Positions 20,815 to 30,361 are shown, counted from the stretch's first letter. The stretch is DNA of 64,000 bases from an uncultured virus (IMG/VR IMGVR_UViG_3300015371_000022) (IMGVR_UViG_3300015371_000022); one strand, 5' to 3'. The notes: generated by a model from the letters alone, not told the origin. Program-made: numbers and translations.

Positions 20815-21187
20815 CTTTCAACCGTTGTTCTCGTTGTTCGATCTTCTCTATCGATAAACTGTAGCCAGCCCGCGCATTGCGTGCCCCGGTTCCCGCACGA
20901 TGTGGAGCCTGCGGATCATTGGGGTCTTTCATCCACACTCCGAACACCAGACCTATGTGGTCCTTGTATGCTTTGTCCAATGCCTCGCGATCAAGCGCCA
21001 GCAGGTGTTCCTCGTATTTTGAAATCGGTAGATCATCCACATAAGACCGCGGTGCTGCCTGCGCTTCCGGCACCTCCCACCGCCCCGACAAATAGCCCGC
21101 ACACGCCAGTAAAATTAGCAAAATAATGATAATTGCCACCGTGAGCATCACACGGTGGCCGATGTCCATCTTATCGAGCGGTTCCAT
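20804..21187 (-). CDS. Membrane-anchored protein, possible spanin/lysis accessory
   Basis: N-terminal TM helix then helical domain; directly after the endolysin. Confidence 0.45.
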   Translation of the reverse strand: MEPLDKMDIGHRVMLTVAIIIILLILLACAGYLSGRWEVPEAQAAPRSYVDDLPISKYEEHLLALDREALDKAYKDHIGLVFGVWMKDPNDPQAPHRAGTGARNARAGYSLSIEKIEQREQRLKDAR

Positions 21188-21196
21188 CTCGGTGCC

Positions 21197-22717
21197 TCAC
21201 GCCGACTCGGAGCCGGCGTGAGGCCAGTTCGCGTCCATGTAATCCTGCACCTCTTGGAACATCGCGTCAGCGTCTTTTTTCAGTTCAGTCTCATGTCTGT
21301 TGATAGGCCCGTAGTGATTGCACAAGTTGCGCAACGTAAGCCCGCACGACTCAACAGAAAACGCAGGCTGGTTCTTACACAGATCCTGGAACTGCTCGCC
21401 ACGTCCGCCGCCGTAGCTCGTCCAATCCTCCGAGCTGCACGACACACCTTCCGAGAACGCCTCCAGATAGCCAGGAGAATCCCCCCGCAGATATTCATCC
21501 ATGAGATCATCAAACTCAGGATCGCTGGCACCGGCAGCATCGTAACTCGTCTGGAAAGCGCCGGCTTCAGTCGTGGTATCGGCTGGACCGTAATAGCCTG
21601 GCGGCACCGACTGATCTCGACCGCAGCAGTGCTCACCAGACGACTCGCGCATGCCGTGACCCAACATCAGGGCATAGAGATGCCTCAAACGATCCACGGC
21701 ACTGCCGTCGGTCCCTTCGTTCGACATACCGAGCTTGTTGAAGTCATTCTTGTACACGTTGAACACGTCCTTGTCGGAAGACGTGCGCGGTCGCGACATC
21801 TCGATCACACCCGGATGGTCGACCTTGAGCTTCTTGTAAGATTGCGCGAACGCAAGCGCCATACCTTGCGTCCACCCCGGAGGAGCCTCCCCTCTGTCAT
21901 CCCAACCATAAGAAGCAACCGCTGAATTTTTAGCGATATTTTTGATCGCTTTCTGTTGTGCAACCGTCAACGCTCCAGGTGGAGGAGCCGGTGGCGGCAA
22001 CGGCTTCTTATCATCATAAAGCGCCTGCCAGGTCTCTGGACCGACCACACCGTCGATCTCCAATCCGCGCGAAGACTGATAGCGAATGACGTTATCCTTG
22101 GTGATTGGCCCGAAGTCACCATCGACCACCCCGCTGAAATGCGGGATCATGCGCTGCAGATCCATCACATCTGGGCCTTCATCACCTTCTTCAAGCGTCG
22201 GCCGATCCTCAACATCAATCTCCGGCACCTCCCACCCGCGCACCCACATGTAGCCGATCACGGTGCTTGGATCGTAAGTACTGACATTGACGCAGTTGCT
22301 TTGATTCCCACCCCTGCAGCGCAAGTTACCGTTATCGTCCCACTCCTCAAACATGGTCACATGCCCGCCGCCTTCGCGGGTCATGACCACGATCGTTCCA
22401 GGGACTGGAGAACCAAGCTTCACGAAACCGGGGTCGCTCGCAAAGGACTGCGCCCACATCCACTTGTCAGTATCCGTTGGTCCGAACGGACCGGAGATGC
22501 CTTCTTTGGTGCAAGCCGCTAAACAGAAAGCCGTACAGACTCCACACCAAGCAATACTATCGTCGTCGTAAATCGAGGCATATTCAGCTTGTTCCGGAAA
22601 TTTTCGCCCGATATAAGCAGCCATCGCTTCGATCTTGGGATTGCTGCCGTTCTCGTACTCACTCAAACCGGTGATGGCGCGCATCACTTCCAACCAAGGT
22701 GGAATATCTTGCGACAT
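21197..22717 (-). CDS. Modular endolysin: CHAP-like (TIGR02594-type) + PG-binding + lysozyme-like C-terminal domain
   Basis: AWCG...GGGHV...GGNQSN; PTLEEGDEGPDVMDLQ...DGDFGPIT...DGVVGPETWQAL; C-terminal MRESSG...EAGAFQTS. Confidence 0.8.
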   Translation of the reverse strand: MSQDIPPWLEVMRAITGLSEYENGSNPKIEAMAAYIGRKFPEQAEYASIYDDDSIAWCGVCTAFCLAACTKEGISGPFGPTDTDKWMWAQSFASDPGFVKLGSPVPGTIVVMTREGGGHVTMFEEWDDNGNLRCRGGNQSNCVNVSTYDPSTVIGYMWVRGWEVPEIDVEDRPTLEEGDEGPDVMDLQRMIPHFSGVVDGDFGPITKDNVIRYQSSRGLEIDGVVGPETWQALYDDKKPLPPPAPPPGALTVAQQKAIKNIAKNSAVASYGWDDRGEAPPGWTQGMALAFAQSYKKLKVDHPGVIEMSRPRTSSDKDVFNVYKNDFNKLGMSNEGTDGSAVDRLRHLYALMLGHGMRESSGEHCCGRDQSVPPGYYGPADTTTEAGAFQTSYDAAGASDPEFDDLMDEYLRGDSPGYLEAFSEGVSCSSEDWTSYGGGRGEQFQDLCKNQPAFSVESCGLTLRNLCNHYGPINRHETELKKDADAMFQEVQDYMDANWPHAGSESA

Positions 22718-23396
22718 CTGCGTGCTCCGTTGCTCGGTAGTTGGTGAACATAGTCTGGTCGTGGTCGGCTCGGTACCACCAGACCGGAAACTCCGGATCG
22801 TGATCCTCGAGCCGCGCCAACGTGTTCACCTCCCAGGAAATGTTGCCGGTCTTACCCAGCCAGCGCGTATATTCGCGCTTCATGTTGTAATTGAACGGCC
22901 CCACCAGATTGCGTGGCACCACCATCACCCCGCCGCAGAACCGCCAGCAGGGAGAGTCGTCATCATATCTGTAGCCCTTGTCCCAGCAGCCCGGGATCGC
23001 GATCGCCTGCTCGCCCTCGACACGCTCGAGGAAGGCATCGATGATCTCAGCAGTCACGCCGGGAACGTGGAAAATTCCATAGTCCAGCCAAACGAACACA
23101 TCGACGAACGGCTCGACATAGGTCGCGACCTCGAGCCACTCGGTCTTCTGTGCCTGAACAATGTGATAGCCGAGTGAATTCTTTTGCGGATTGTCCGCGA
23201 CCGAATAAGTAAATCGCGTATCGGCACCATAGTCCTCTTTGAGATACTGGTAGAGCCAGCAATGCTGCAGATCGCCCTTGGCGCGCAGCACACAGTGCTC
23301 GATCCCCAGCAGCTGGCTGGCAAGCTCGTCATACTCCGCCTCCGAGCGCGGATGGCCGGGGATCGGAACATAAGCTGTCACCACGGCGACGGTCAT
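22659..23396 (-). CDS. HtrL/WlaTC-like glycosyltransferase
   Basis: ATG at 23396 in ATGA overlap; VTAY...KTEWL...FVWLDYGIFHV...WRFCGGVMVVP...WEVNTLA. Confidence 0.6.
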   Translation of the reverse strand: MTVAVVTAYVPIPGHPRSEAEYDELASQLLGIEHCVLRAKGDLQHCWLYQYLKEDYGADTRFTYSVADNPQKNSLGYHIVQAQKTEWLEVATYVEPFVDVFVWLDYGIFHVPGVTAEIIDAFLERVEGEQAIAIPGCWDKGYRYDDDSPCWRFCGGVMVVPRNLVGPFNYNMKREYTRWLGKTGNISWEVNTLARLEDHDPEFPVWWYRADHDQTMFTNYRATEHADVARYSTLVGSDARHHRFE

Positions 23397-25363
23397 AACG
23401 CATCCTTGAAACAAAACTGGATCACCTCCATAGGATCCATGGTCGCTGTCCAAGCTTCACAATCACGCACCCCGAAGCTGACCATGATTTTTCCTGTTTC
23501 AGGAAAAAATGCCAGTCCGGCCGCAAACTCGATCTGCCGGTCGAAAAAATAAAACGGTGGAGAAATCCGCTGCAGGCGCTTGTGATGGTCCCAAAGTACA
23601 AAGCGATGTTGGTAATAGCGGCCGGTGTGACCGGGGATCTGCCGTGCCTCATGCACGATCGCCATCCAGTGCCGATCAACCTTGATGACTTGCGATCCAC
23701 CGCTGATGTGGCCAACATCCCACTGCAGAGTGTCACGATGAATGTTCTCACCCTGGAGGTTGACCAATGACCCGAGACGATAAACGAAAAACAGGTCATC
23801 ACCACCCACCCACGGCATCCAGTTTTTCTCATGCCGACGATCAGATGGAAGAATTTGTCGCCAATTGTCTCCGTAGCTCCAGCCACCTTCTCCAGGATCA
23901 AGTGGCGCTAGAACTTGTTCGCACCATCCTTCGGGGGTCAACTCCCGAACGGTGGAGAGCGTCCAGAATTGTTGCCGCCATTCAAAGAGACGAGAATCCT
24001 CAAACCCCAAAACCAGCGGATAGCTTGCATCCGGCCAGTTGGATGGGAGTTTGAGTTCTAGCCAACCGTTAAGAGAATCCCAAAGAAAATTGCGAGTGTG
24101 AATAGGATAATTACCAGAGACCGTGCCATCGCTGGCCCGAATCCGGTACGCACCCTCGTCTGTAATCGTGTAATTAACACATCGAACAAGGATCTTTGGT
24201 TCTCCGCCATTCTCGATCACCGACGGGTTCGTCGCCACATAGCCGTCGGGCGGCTGGATTGTCAGCTGCTGCGGCTTGAATGACGGCACGTCCTGCACCA
24301 GCGGCTGCAGGTACCAGAACAAGTTGCGCCTCGCGAGCTCACTACCGACGAGCGCCAACTTGTTAGCCTCCTTTGCTGCTGTGCGGCGTTGGCGCTCGTC
24401 GTAATAACCGCAGATTGAAAACTCTTCTTTCAGCCCAGTCTGATGGACATACTCATTAACGAAAAGCTTGTCTCCTGTGGGCACTGGAATTCTACGTCCA
24501 GGCTCAGAGAAGAGTAGGCTACTGAAATTTTCCCCTCGCTCACGATAGAAGCGGGCAAGGTCGTACAGCGTTTCCCCCCGCTGGGGACGCATAGAATAAG
24601 CTTTGAGCATCTCCCACACGTAATGAGCATGTTGCCCCAGTTGTCGATAACACTCTGCAAGACGCATTTGCGCGTACCATCGCTCTTCCTCGTAACCTCC
24701 AAGCTCGGTTCGTCGACGATAGTGAACGATGGCATCGTCAAATCTCCCGGCATCGAAGTACGACTGCGCCAGATAGAAATGATACCGCTCGATCAATCCC
24801 GGTCGTGTCTCGACATCGAGTGCAACTTCCAGAAGGGCAATATCGCGAATAAATTTATCAGCACGATTGGCACCGTCAGCGTGATCAACAAACTCTGCGC
24901 CATGTAGTACTCCAAAAGACGGCACATCCAGATACTCATGCGTGACCCCTAAATAACCGCCGGTTGCCTGACGACTCAAAAGTCGGCGGTTATAATAGCT
25001 CAGAGCTCCCCCCACCTGGCGCATGTCATAAGAAAGCCCGCGATGACCATTGATCCAGTCCGCCCGCTTAACCCGAAGCTCCATGTCGGCGTCACAGAGC
25101 AGGAGGAAGTCCCACTCGAGCTTACTCTCGCGAGCGACCCGAAGAGCCTCGTTGCGCGCCTGCGCAAAGTCGACGAACGACGCAAAATGAAGCTCGCACG
25201 GTTTCTGGGCCTGCGCGAATAGCGCATGAATGATCTCGGCAGTCCCATCGGTACTGCCGGTATCCACGATAATCCCGCAATCCACATGCGGTAACAGCGA
25301 GCTCACGCAGCGTTCGATCCGCGCTGCCTCGTTCTTGACGATCGCGTTCCAGGCAACGCGCAT
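23393..25363 (-). CDS. GT2 glycosyltransferase with TPR repeats and C-terminal beta-propeller glycosidase-like domain
   Basis: IVKNEA...VDTGSTDGT...DFAQARNEAL...CDAD...GVTHEY; TPR FYLAQSYFD; NPS...GFEDSRLF...EKNWMP propeller motifs. Confidence 0.85.
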   Translation of the reverse strand: MRVAWNAIVKNEAARIERCVSSLLPHVDCGIIVDTGSTDGTAEIIHALFAQAQKPCELHFASFVDFAQARNEALRVARESKLEWDFLLLCDADMELRVKRADWINGHRGLSYDMRQVGGALSYYNRRLLSRQATGGYLGVTHEYLDVPSFGVLHGAEFVDHADGANRADKFIRDIALLEVALDVETRPGLIERYHFYLAQSYFDAGRFDDAIVHYRRRTELGGYEEERWYAQMRLAECYRQLGQHAHYVWEMLKAYSMRPQRGETLYDLARFYRERGENFSSLLFSEPGRRIPVPTGDKLFVNEYVHQTGLKEEFSICGYYDERQRRTAAKEANKLALVGSELARRNLFWYLQPLVQDVPSFKPQQLTIQPPDGYVATNPSVIENGGEPKILVRCVNYTITDEGAYRIRASDGTVSGNYPIHTRNFLWDSLNGWLELKLPSNWPDASYPLVLGFEDSRLFEWRQQFWTLSTVRELTPEGWCEQVLAPLDPGEGGWSYGDNWRQILPSDRRHEKNWMPWVGGDDLFFVYRLGSLVNLQGENIHRDTLQWDVGHISGGSQVIKVDRHWMAIVHEARQIPGHTGRYYQHRFVLWDHHKRLQRISPPFYFFDRQIEFAAGLAFFPETGKIMVSFGVRDCEAWTATMDPMEVIQFCFKDAL

Positions 25364-25572
25364 CAAAGCCCAGCGCCGGTCGCCCCCGACGGACCGGTCC
25401 CGCCTGTGACACCCGTAGTCGCCAGCGTGGTGTCGGCCCCGAGAACTTGAAATTCCTCGCCTGGACCCTCGCTCGCCACCAGGTTGGCGATCGCCTGGGC
25501 GCGCGAGTTGGCCACCACCTGGTAGGTCACCACCGGTCCGAGCTTGCGCGCCTGGATGTAAAACGTCGCCAT
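25363..25572 (-). CDS. Small protein with C-terminal G-X-T tail
   Basis: MATFYIQ...PGEEFQVL...TGVTGGTGPSGATG; paralog of the adjacent gene. Confidence 0.6.
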   Translation of the reverse strand: MATFYIQARKLGPVVTYQVVANSRAQAIANLVASEGPGEEFQVLGADTTLATTGVTGGTGPSGATGAGL

Positions 25573-25574
25573 CG

Positions 25575-25802
25575 CTACCTCCCCATTGCGCCAGTCGAAC
25601 CGGTCGAACCCGTCGAACCCGTCGAACCCGACGTCCCGGGCGGTGCCGCCGCCGGCACTGGCTCGGTATCCATCACCTCGATCGACTCGCCGGGAGCAGC
25701 ACTGTCGAGCACCGCCTGGATGGCGTGCTGGTAGGTCTCGCCCGACGCCTGCACGATCTCGATCGGCATGGTCCTGCGGATCTTCAGATAGAAATCAGGC
25801 AT
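25575..25802 (-). CDS. Small protein with C-terminal G-S-T tail
   Basis: MPDFYLK...PGESIEVM...GTSGSTGSTGSTGSTG; GAGGAGG RBS. Confidence 0.6.
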   Translation of the reverse strand: MPDFYLKIRRTMPIEIVQASGETYQHAIQAVLDSAAPGESIEVMDTEPVPAAAPPGTSGSTGSTGSTGSTGAMGR

Positions 25803-25817
25803 CTAGCCCTCCTCTGG

Positions 25818-28127
25818 TTAACCTGGTCCGCCCTGGATCGGCGGCGGCCGCATCCCTGGCTGCATCGGCCGGCGCTGCAACCCGACCACGTTGCCGGGGA
25901 GCGCCTGCTGGTTCGACATCGGCGTAGGCTGGTTGCCTTGGGCTTGGCGAGCTCCCTCAGCCATGTTTCCGGGCGGTCCGGGAGGGGCACTAGGGGGACC
26001 ACCGCCTGGGCCGCCAGGGGGCGCTCCTAAGCCCGGTGAGCCTCCCGGCGCTTCCTCACCCGGCATCGCGGCATGTGAGGCAAGGAACCCGGCGGTGAGC
26101 TCGGACGCGATCTTCTGCACCCCCAGTTCGACACCAGCCTGAATGCCCTCGTCGACCTTCTGGCTGATCGCCTTGTTCTGCTCGTTCTGCTCCTGCTTCT
26201 CCTGCTTCTTGGCCAGCACCTCGTCGGACGGCACCACCTCCTCGCCCTCGAGACCGATGGTCTGCGACACCGAACGCAGCACCACGCCGCGGCCCTTGAT
26301 CCCCATGATGCCAAGATCGACCGGGTTGTTGGTGTGCTGCAGGAACTCCAGCTGCCTCTGTCTCTGCGTCTCGCGCTGGACCGCGACGTTGACGCCCTGG
26401 ACGTAGATGTCCTCTTGGCCAGTGAGCGCGCCGGAGGTGTCGGTGAGCAGCACCAGGTCGGACAGTTGCTCGAGCGCGACCTCGAAAATGTCGCGGTCAA
26501 TATTGGCGGCAACGGTCTGCAGGATCTTGCTCGCGTTGCCCATCAACATCGCGAGCCCGGATGCCGTGCGTCCCGCGCCGCCCGACGCCTGACCGCCGAT
26601 ATACTTCGGGATCGCCGACACGTCATCGGATAGTTCGACGAGCGCCTTGAAGACCGTCAGTAACTCCTGGGCATTGCTCTGCGGCTGGAAGAACTCGACC
26701 GGCGGCTTGGCATTGTTGCCAACCGGATCGTCGGTGACATGCCAGCGTTTCCAGGGATAGAGCTCGTCGACGTTATCCTCCGGCCTGCACCTGCTGTCAT
26801 TGATCACCACCTGCGGTCCGCTGGAGATACTCATGTTGTTGACGAGCGAGCGCAGCGTGGAGTTGGCGGCGTCCTGCAGGTCAGCGATCAGATCGATCAG
26901 CGAATTGCCGACCACGGTTCCAGGCACTTTTTCGAACGAGGTAATGAAGTAGTTGTGCCGTGCCCGGGGCGATGGCGATAGGTTGGCCTTGATAACGTGG
27001 CTGCCGATGCAATAGGCGTCGATGTGGTAGTCGCGGATCGGGTCGGAGATCCCGGGCATGCCGTACTCTTGCAGGATCTCGCCTTGGACGTTGCCGTGGA
27101 ACTCCATTTGGGTGATAAGGCCAGACCGGTTCCATGCAGGGTTCTCCCGGTTCTCGAGCACAGCCCGCTCGGCGTCGGTGGTGTCCCAGTTGTCATAGAG
27201 CCCACCGCGGCCGTACTCAGTCAGCACGGCGCGCACCTCGTCCTGATTGAAACCGGGCAGGTCGAGCATGTCGTTGAGCTCGGTGCGGGTGAGGTTGGAC
27301 TTCTCGATCACCGCGGCGTTCGCGATGTCGCTCACCCCGGGAGTGAACCAGATGTCGAACGGCGACACCCGGTCCCACATCATCACCGGGTTCTGCTTGA
27401 TGGTCGGCTTGCTGTTCTCCCACACGATCTCCGGGATGAGCTTGACGGTGGGGCCTTTGAGCACGGCGAAGGGGAAGATCGGCAAGTCGACGATGAACTC
27501 GGCGAGCGCGTGGTAGAACATGCCGTTGCGCAGGAACTCCTCGACCTTGTCCTCGGACTCCTTGGCCTGCTTCTGCGCCAGCGTGCGGGCGGCGTCCTCC
27601 GCCGACTCCATCAGCGCCAGCCGGCGGGTGCGCAGGGCGTCCTCCGGCGGCGGCTGCCCGGTGGCCTGCTGCACCATCTGCTGCTCATGCTGCATCAGCT
27701 GGTTGATCTTCTGGATGATCTCGTCCGGCACGTCGGGATCGGCGGGAGGACGGATCGCCCAAGGTCGGTCGGCTCCGAGATAGACATCGCGCAACAGGGA
27801 GGACGCTGCCCGACATTTTTGCGCAGACAGACGCGCATAGATCTCGGAGCCGCCGAACTTTTTCACCTCCTGCATCTTGTTCGGCGAATACTGGCCGTTG
27901 AACGTCCGCATGGCCTCGAGCAAACGATTGCTCCAACCAGCCGCGGTGTTGCGGTGGTTGCGGAAGATCTCGAACTGACTCTTGATGTAGCCGACCAGCT
28001 GCGGCGGAGCCGCGACCGGCGGGGCTGCTGCCGCCGCCCGCGCCTGCTCCTCCGCCAGCAATTGTGCCTCCAACATCGCTGGAGGCACCACCCGCAATAC
28101 GCCCTGGGGGCCGAATCCGTCTGCCAT
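25818..28127 (-). CDS. Portal protein
   Basis: 769 aa; RVSPFDIWF, MSISSGPQV, TASGLAMLMGNASK portal motifs; Pro/Gly-rich C-terminal tail. Confidence 0.85.
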   Translation of the reverse strand: MADGFGPQGVLRVVPPAMLEAQLLAEEQARAAAAAPPVAAPPQLVGYIKSQFEIFRNHRNTAAGWSNRLLEAMRTFNGQYSPNKMQEVKKFGGSEIYARLSAQKCRAASSLLRDVYLGADRPWAIRPPADPDVPDEIIQKINQLMQHEQQMVQQATGQPPPEDALRTRRLALMESAEDAARTLAQKQAKESEDKVEEFLRNGMFYHALAEFIVDLPIFPFAVLKGPTVKLIPEIVWENSKPTIKQNPVMMWDRVSPFDIWFTPGVSDIANAAVIEKSNLTRTELNDMLDLPGFNQDEVRAVLTEYGRGGLYDNWDTTDAERAVLENRENPAWNRSGLITQMEFHGNVQGEILQEYGMPGISDPIRDYHIDAYCIGSHVIKANLSPSPRARHNYFITSFEKVPGTVVGNSLIDLIADLQDAANSTLRSLVNNMSISSGPQVVINDSRCRPEDNVDELYPWKRWHVTDDPVGNNAKPPVEFFQPQSNAQELLTVFKALVELSDDVSAIPKYIGGQASGGAGRTASGLAMLMGNASKILQTVAANIDRDIFEVALEQLSDLVLLTDTSGALTGQEDIYVQGVNVAVQRETQRQRQLEFLQHTNNPVDLGIMGIKGRGVVLRSVSQTIGLEGEEVVPSDEVLAKKQEKQEQNEQNKAISQKVDEGIQAGVELGVQKIASELTAGFLASHAAMPGEEAPGGSPGLGAPPGGPGGGPPSAPPGPPGNMAEGARQAQGNQPTPMSNQQALPGNVVGLQRRPMQPGMRPPPIQGGPG

Positions 28128-28133
28128 GGAACA

Positions 28134-28182
28134 CGAGTAGCGGACAAACCTTAAGAAAATCTTAAGACTTGCTCGCTAGCTT
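28134..28182. promoter_or_regulatory. Bidirectional CtrA-type promoter (portal and terminase)
   Basis: cttaagaaaatcttaag at 28150-28166; plus strand N10-TAGCTT-N7-ATG; minus strand N10-TACTCG-N6-ATG. Confidence 0.8.
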
Positions 28183-28189
28183 CCCGGGC

Positions 28190-28732
28190 ATGACCGATCT
28201 CGATGAAACCACCATGGCCGCGCTGGCGCGTGACCTTGTGCTCAATATCCGCAGCTACAAAGAGACCTTTGCGGAGTTTGGAATCGACGAAAATGACTAC
28301 CAACGGATTGAAAAGAATGAGTTCTTCCGCAAGGTCCGCGAGCAGCTGATCGCCGAGTGGAACGCGATCGGATCGACCGAAGAGCGCATCCGCTTCCAGA
28401 ACCTGGCCTACTTCGAAAAGCTCGGCCCGGTGATCGCCCGCCGCGCCATGCAGCCGGACGCCAATCTGTCGGCATCGACCGATGTCGCCAAGGTGGTGAT
28501 GCGCGCCGCCGGCATCGGTGAGGACAAGGGCGACAAGCCTTCCAACGAACGCTTTGTCATCACCATCAACCTCGGCGGCGAGAGTGAAACCTACGACAAG
28601 GCGATCGACATCACCCCCGACGATCCCCCGCGCGGGAAACAGCAAGAGCTCGCACGCGAGCGCGAGATGCAGACCCCACGCAAGCGTAGGACGCGCAAGC
28701 AGCTGCCTGACCTGGTGCTGAAAAATGAGTGA
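28190..28732 (+). CDS. Probable terminase small subunit
   Basis: N-terminal helical DNA-binding-like region, FVITINLG beta-strand; upstream of TerL. Confidence 0.6.
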   Translation: MTDLDETTMAALARDLVLNIRSYKETFAEFGIDENDYQRIEKNEFFRKVREQLIAEWNAIGSTEERIRFQNLAYFEKLGPVIARRAMQPDANLSASTDVAKVVMRAAGIGEDKGDKPSNERFVITINLGGESETYDKAIDITPDDPPRGKQQELAREREMQTPRKRRTRKQLPDLVLKNE

Positions 28733-28904
28733 TTACGCCATTACTTATGCCAACGACGGCAGGTCGCTGGTGCTGCACCGCATCGACTGCCCCGACGTGC
28801 GTGCCCAGGCCAAAGCCGGCGAGCCGGTGCTCTCGCTGTTCGACTGCCAGCGCGAGCCCAAGGAGGGCGAGGTCAAGCGCCACTCCTGCCTGAAAGGGCA
28901 CTGA
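28725..28904 (+). CDS. Small Cys/His hypothetical protein (59 aa; not in ORF track)
   Basis: MSDYAITYANDGRSLVLHRIDCPDV...RHSCLKGH; TGATG coupling to TerL. Confidence 0.5.
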   Translation: MSDYAITYANDGRSLVLHRIDCPDVRAQAKAGEPVLSLFDCQREPKEGEVKRHSCLKGH

Positions 28905-30361
28905 TGGCAGTCATCTACACGGCACCGCCGACGGTCGCGCGGTTCATGAAGTCGAGCGCGTTCGGCCGCATCATCGCCGGCCCGGTGGGGTCGGGCAAGA
29001 CCACCGGCTGCGTGATGGAGACGCTGCGGCGCTCGCTCAGTCAGGCCAAAGCCACCGACGGCTATCGCTACACCCGCTGGGCGTTCGTGCGGCAGACGCT
29101 CAAACAACTGAAAGACACCGTGCTCAAAGACGTGCAGTCCTGGCTGGTGGGCCTGGGCGACTGGAAGGTGTCGGACAACACCTACTACCTCGACTTCGGC
29201 GACGTGAAATCAGAGTGGATCTTCGTGCCGCTGGAAAATGCCGAAGATCAGGCCCGGTTGCTGTCCATGCAATTGACCGGGGCGTGGCTCTCGGAAGCCA
29301 TCGAGATGAACTTCGACATATTGGCCCCCGTTTCGGGCCGTATTGGCCGCTATCCAAGCGGCAATCGCGGTGTCCCGAGCTGGTACGGCATCATTGCCGA
29401 CACCAACATGCCAGTCGAAATGGGTGAGTGGCATAAATTTATGACCGAGCCGCCGCCGAACTGGCAGGTCTTCATCCAGCCAGGCGGCATGTCGCCGGCC
29501 GCTGAGAATCTCAATTATCTGCTGCAGACCGAAGAGACGAAAGTACTTCCCATCAACCATCCGCTCCGGCTCGCGCAGGGACGCAAGTACTACGAGCAGT
29601 TTCTGCAGATGTACGGGAGCGATCACCCGTGGGTACGTCGGTACGTTGACGCGCAATACGGCGACGACCCTTCTGGCGAAGCTGTCTTTAGAGCGAGCTT
29701 CAAGCCATCGTTCCATGTCGTACCCGATACCCTTGTGATACCAGGCTATCCACTGATCGTAGGACAGGATTTCGGCCGGAACCCCTGGTCCGTCATAGCG
29801 CAAGTCGACCATCTCGGACGGTTGCTGGTTCATGAGGAAGTCCCCGCTACCAATGTCGGTCTCGAGAAACACGTCGAACAGCAGCTACGGCCCCGCCTGT
29901 TCCAAGAGCGTTTCATCGGTTCCAAAGTCATCCTGGTCGGCGATCCATCGGGCATTTCCAAGGGGACGATCGCCGAGGAGACCAGCTTTGAAGCACTGAA
30001 ACGCATGGGCCTGCCGTGCTTCCCGGCTCCAACGAACGACATCGACCCGCGCTTGCGTGCGGTGGAAGCGTTGCTTGGCAAGCAGGTCAACGGTGGACCG
30101 GCGCTGATCATCAACGGCAGCAAGTGCCCGTTCCTGGTGCGCGCCATGAGCGGCGGCTACCGCTACAAGAAACACAAGGACGGTGGCCTTCGTATCGTCC
30201 CTGAGAAGTTCGACAAGGAAGGCTTCTCGCATGTCGCCGACTGTCTACAATACATCGCCCTGGTGGTCCACGGCGGGCTGGTGCATGAGTTCGCCCGCCG
30301 GCTGACCCCGACCCGGCGAACGTATCAGCGCCCGCAGATCACCGCCGCGGGATGGACCTGA
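28904..30361 (+). CDS. terL: Terminase large subunit
   Basis: Walker A GPVGSGKT, Walker B-like AWLSE, DTN coupling motif, nuclease GQDFG...GDPSG...SHVADCLQY. Confidence 0.9.
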   Translation: MAVIYTAPPTVARFMKSSAFGRIIAGPVGSGKTTGCVMETLRRSLSQAKATDGYRYTRWAFVRQTLKQLKDTVLKDVQSWLVGLGDWKVSDNTYYLDFGDVKSEWIFVPLENAEDQARLLSMQLTGAWLSEAIEMNFDILAPVSGRIGRYPSGNRGVPSWYGIIADTNMPVEMGEWHKFMTEPPPNWQVFIQPGGMSPAAENLNYLLQTEETKVLPINHPLRLAQGRKYYEQFLQMYGSDHPWVRRYVDAQYGDDPSGEAVFRASFKPSFHVVPDTLVIPGYPLIVGQDFGRNPWSVIAQVDHLGRLLVHEEVPATNVGLEKHVEQQLRPRLFQERFIGSKVILVGDPSGISKGTIAEETSFEALKRMGLPCFPAPTNDIDPRLRAVEALLGKQVNGGPALIINGSKCPFLVRAMSGGYRYKKHKDGGLRIVPEKFDKEGFSHVADCLQYIALVVHGGLVHEFARRLTPTRRTYQRPQITAAGWT

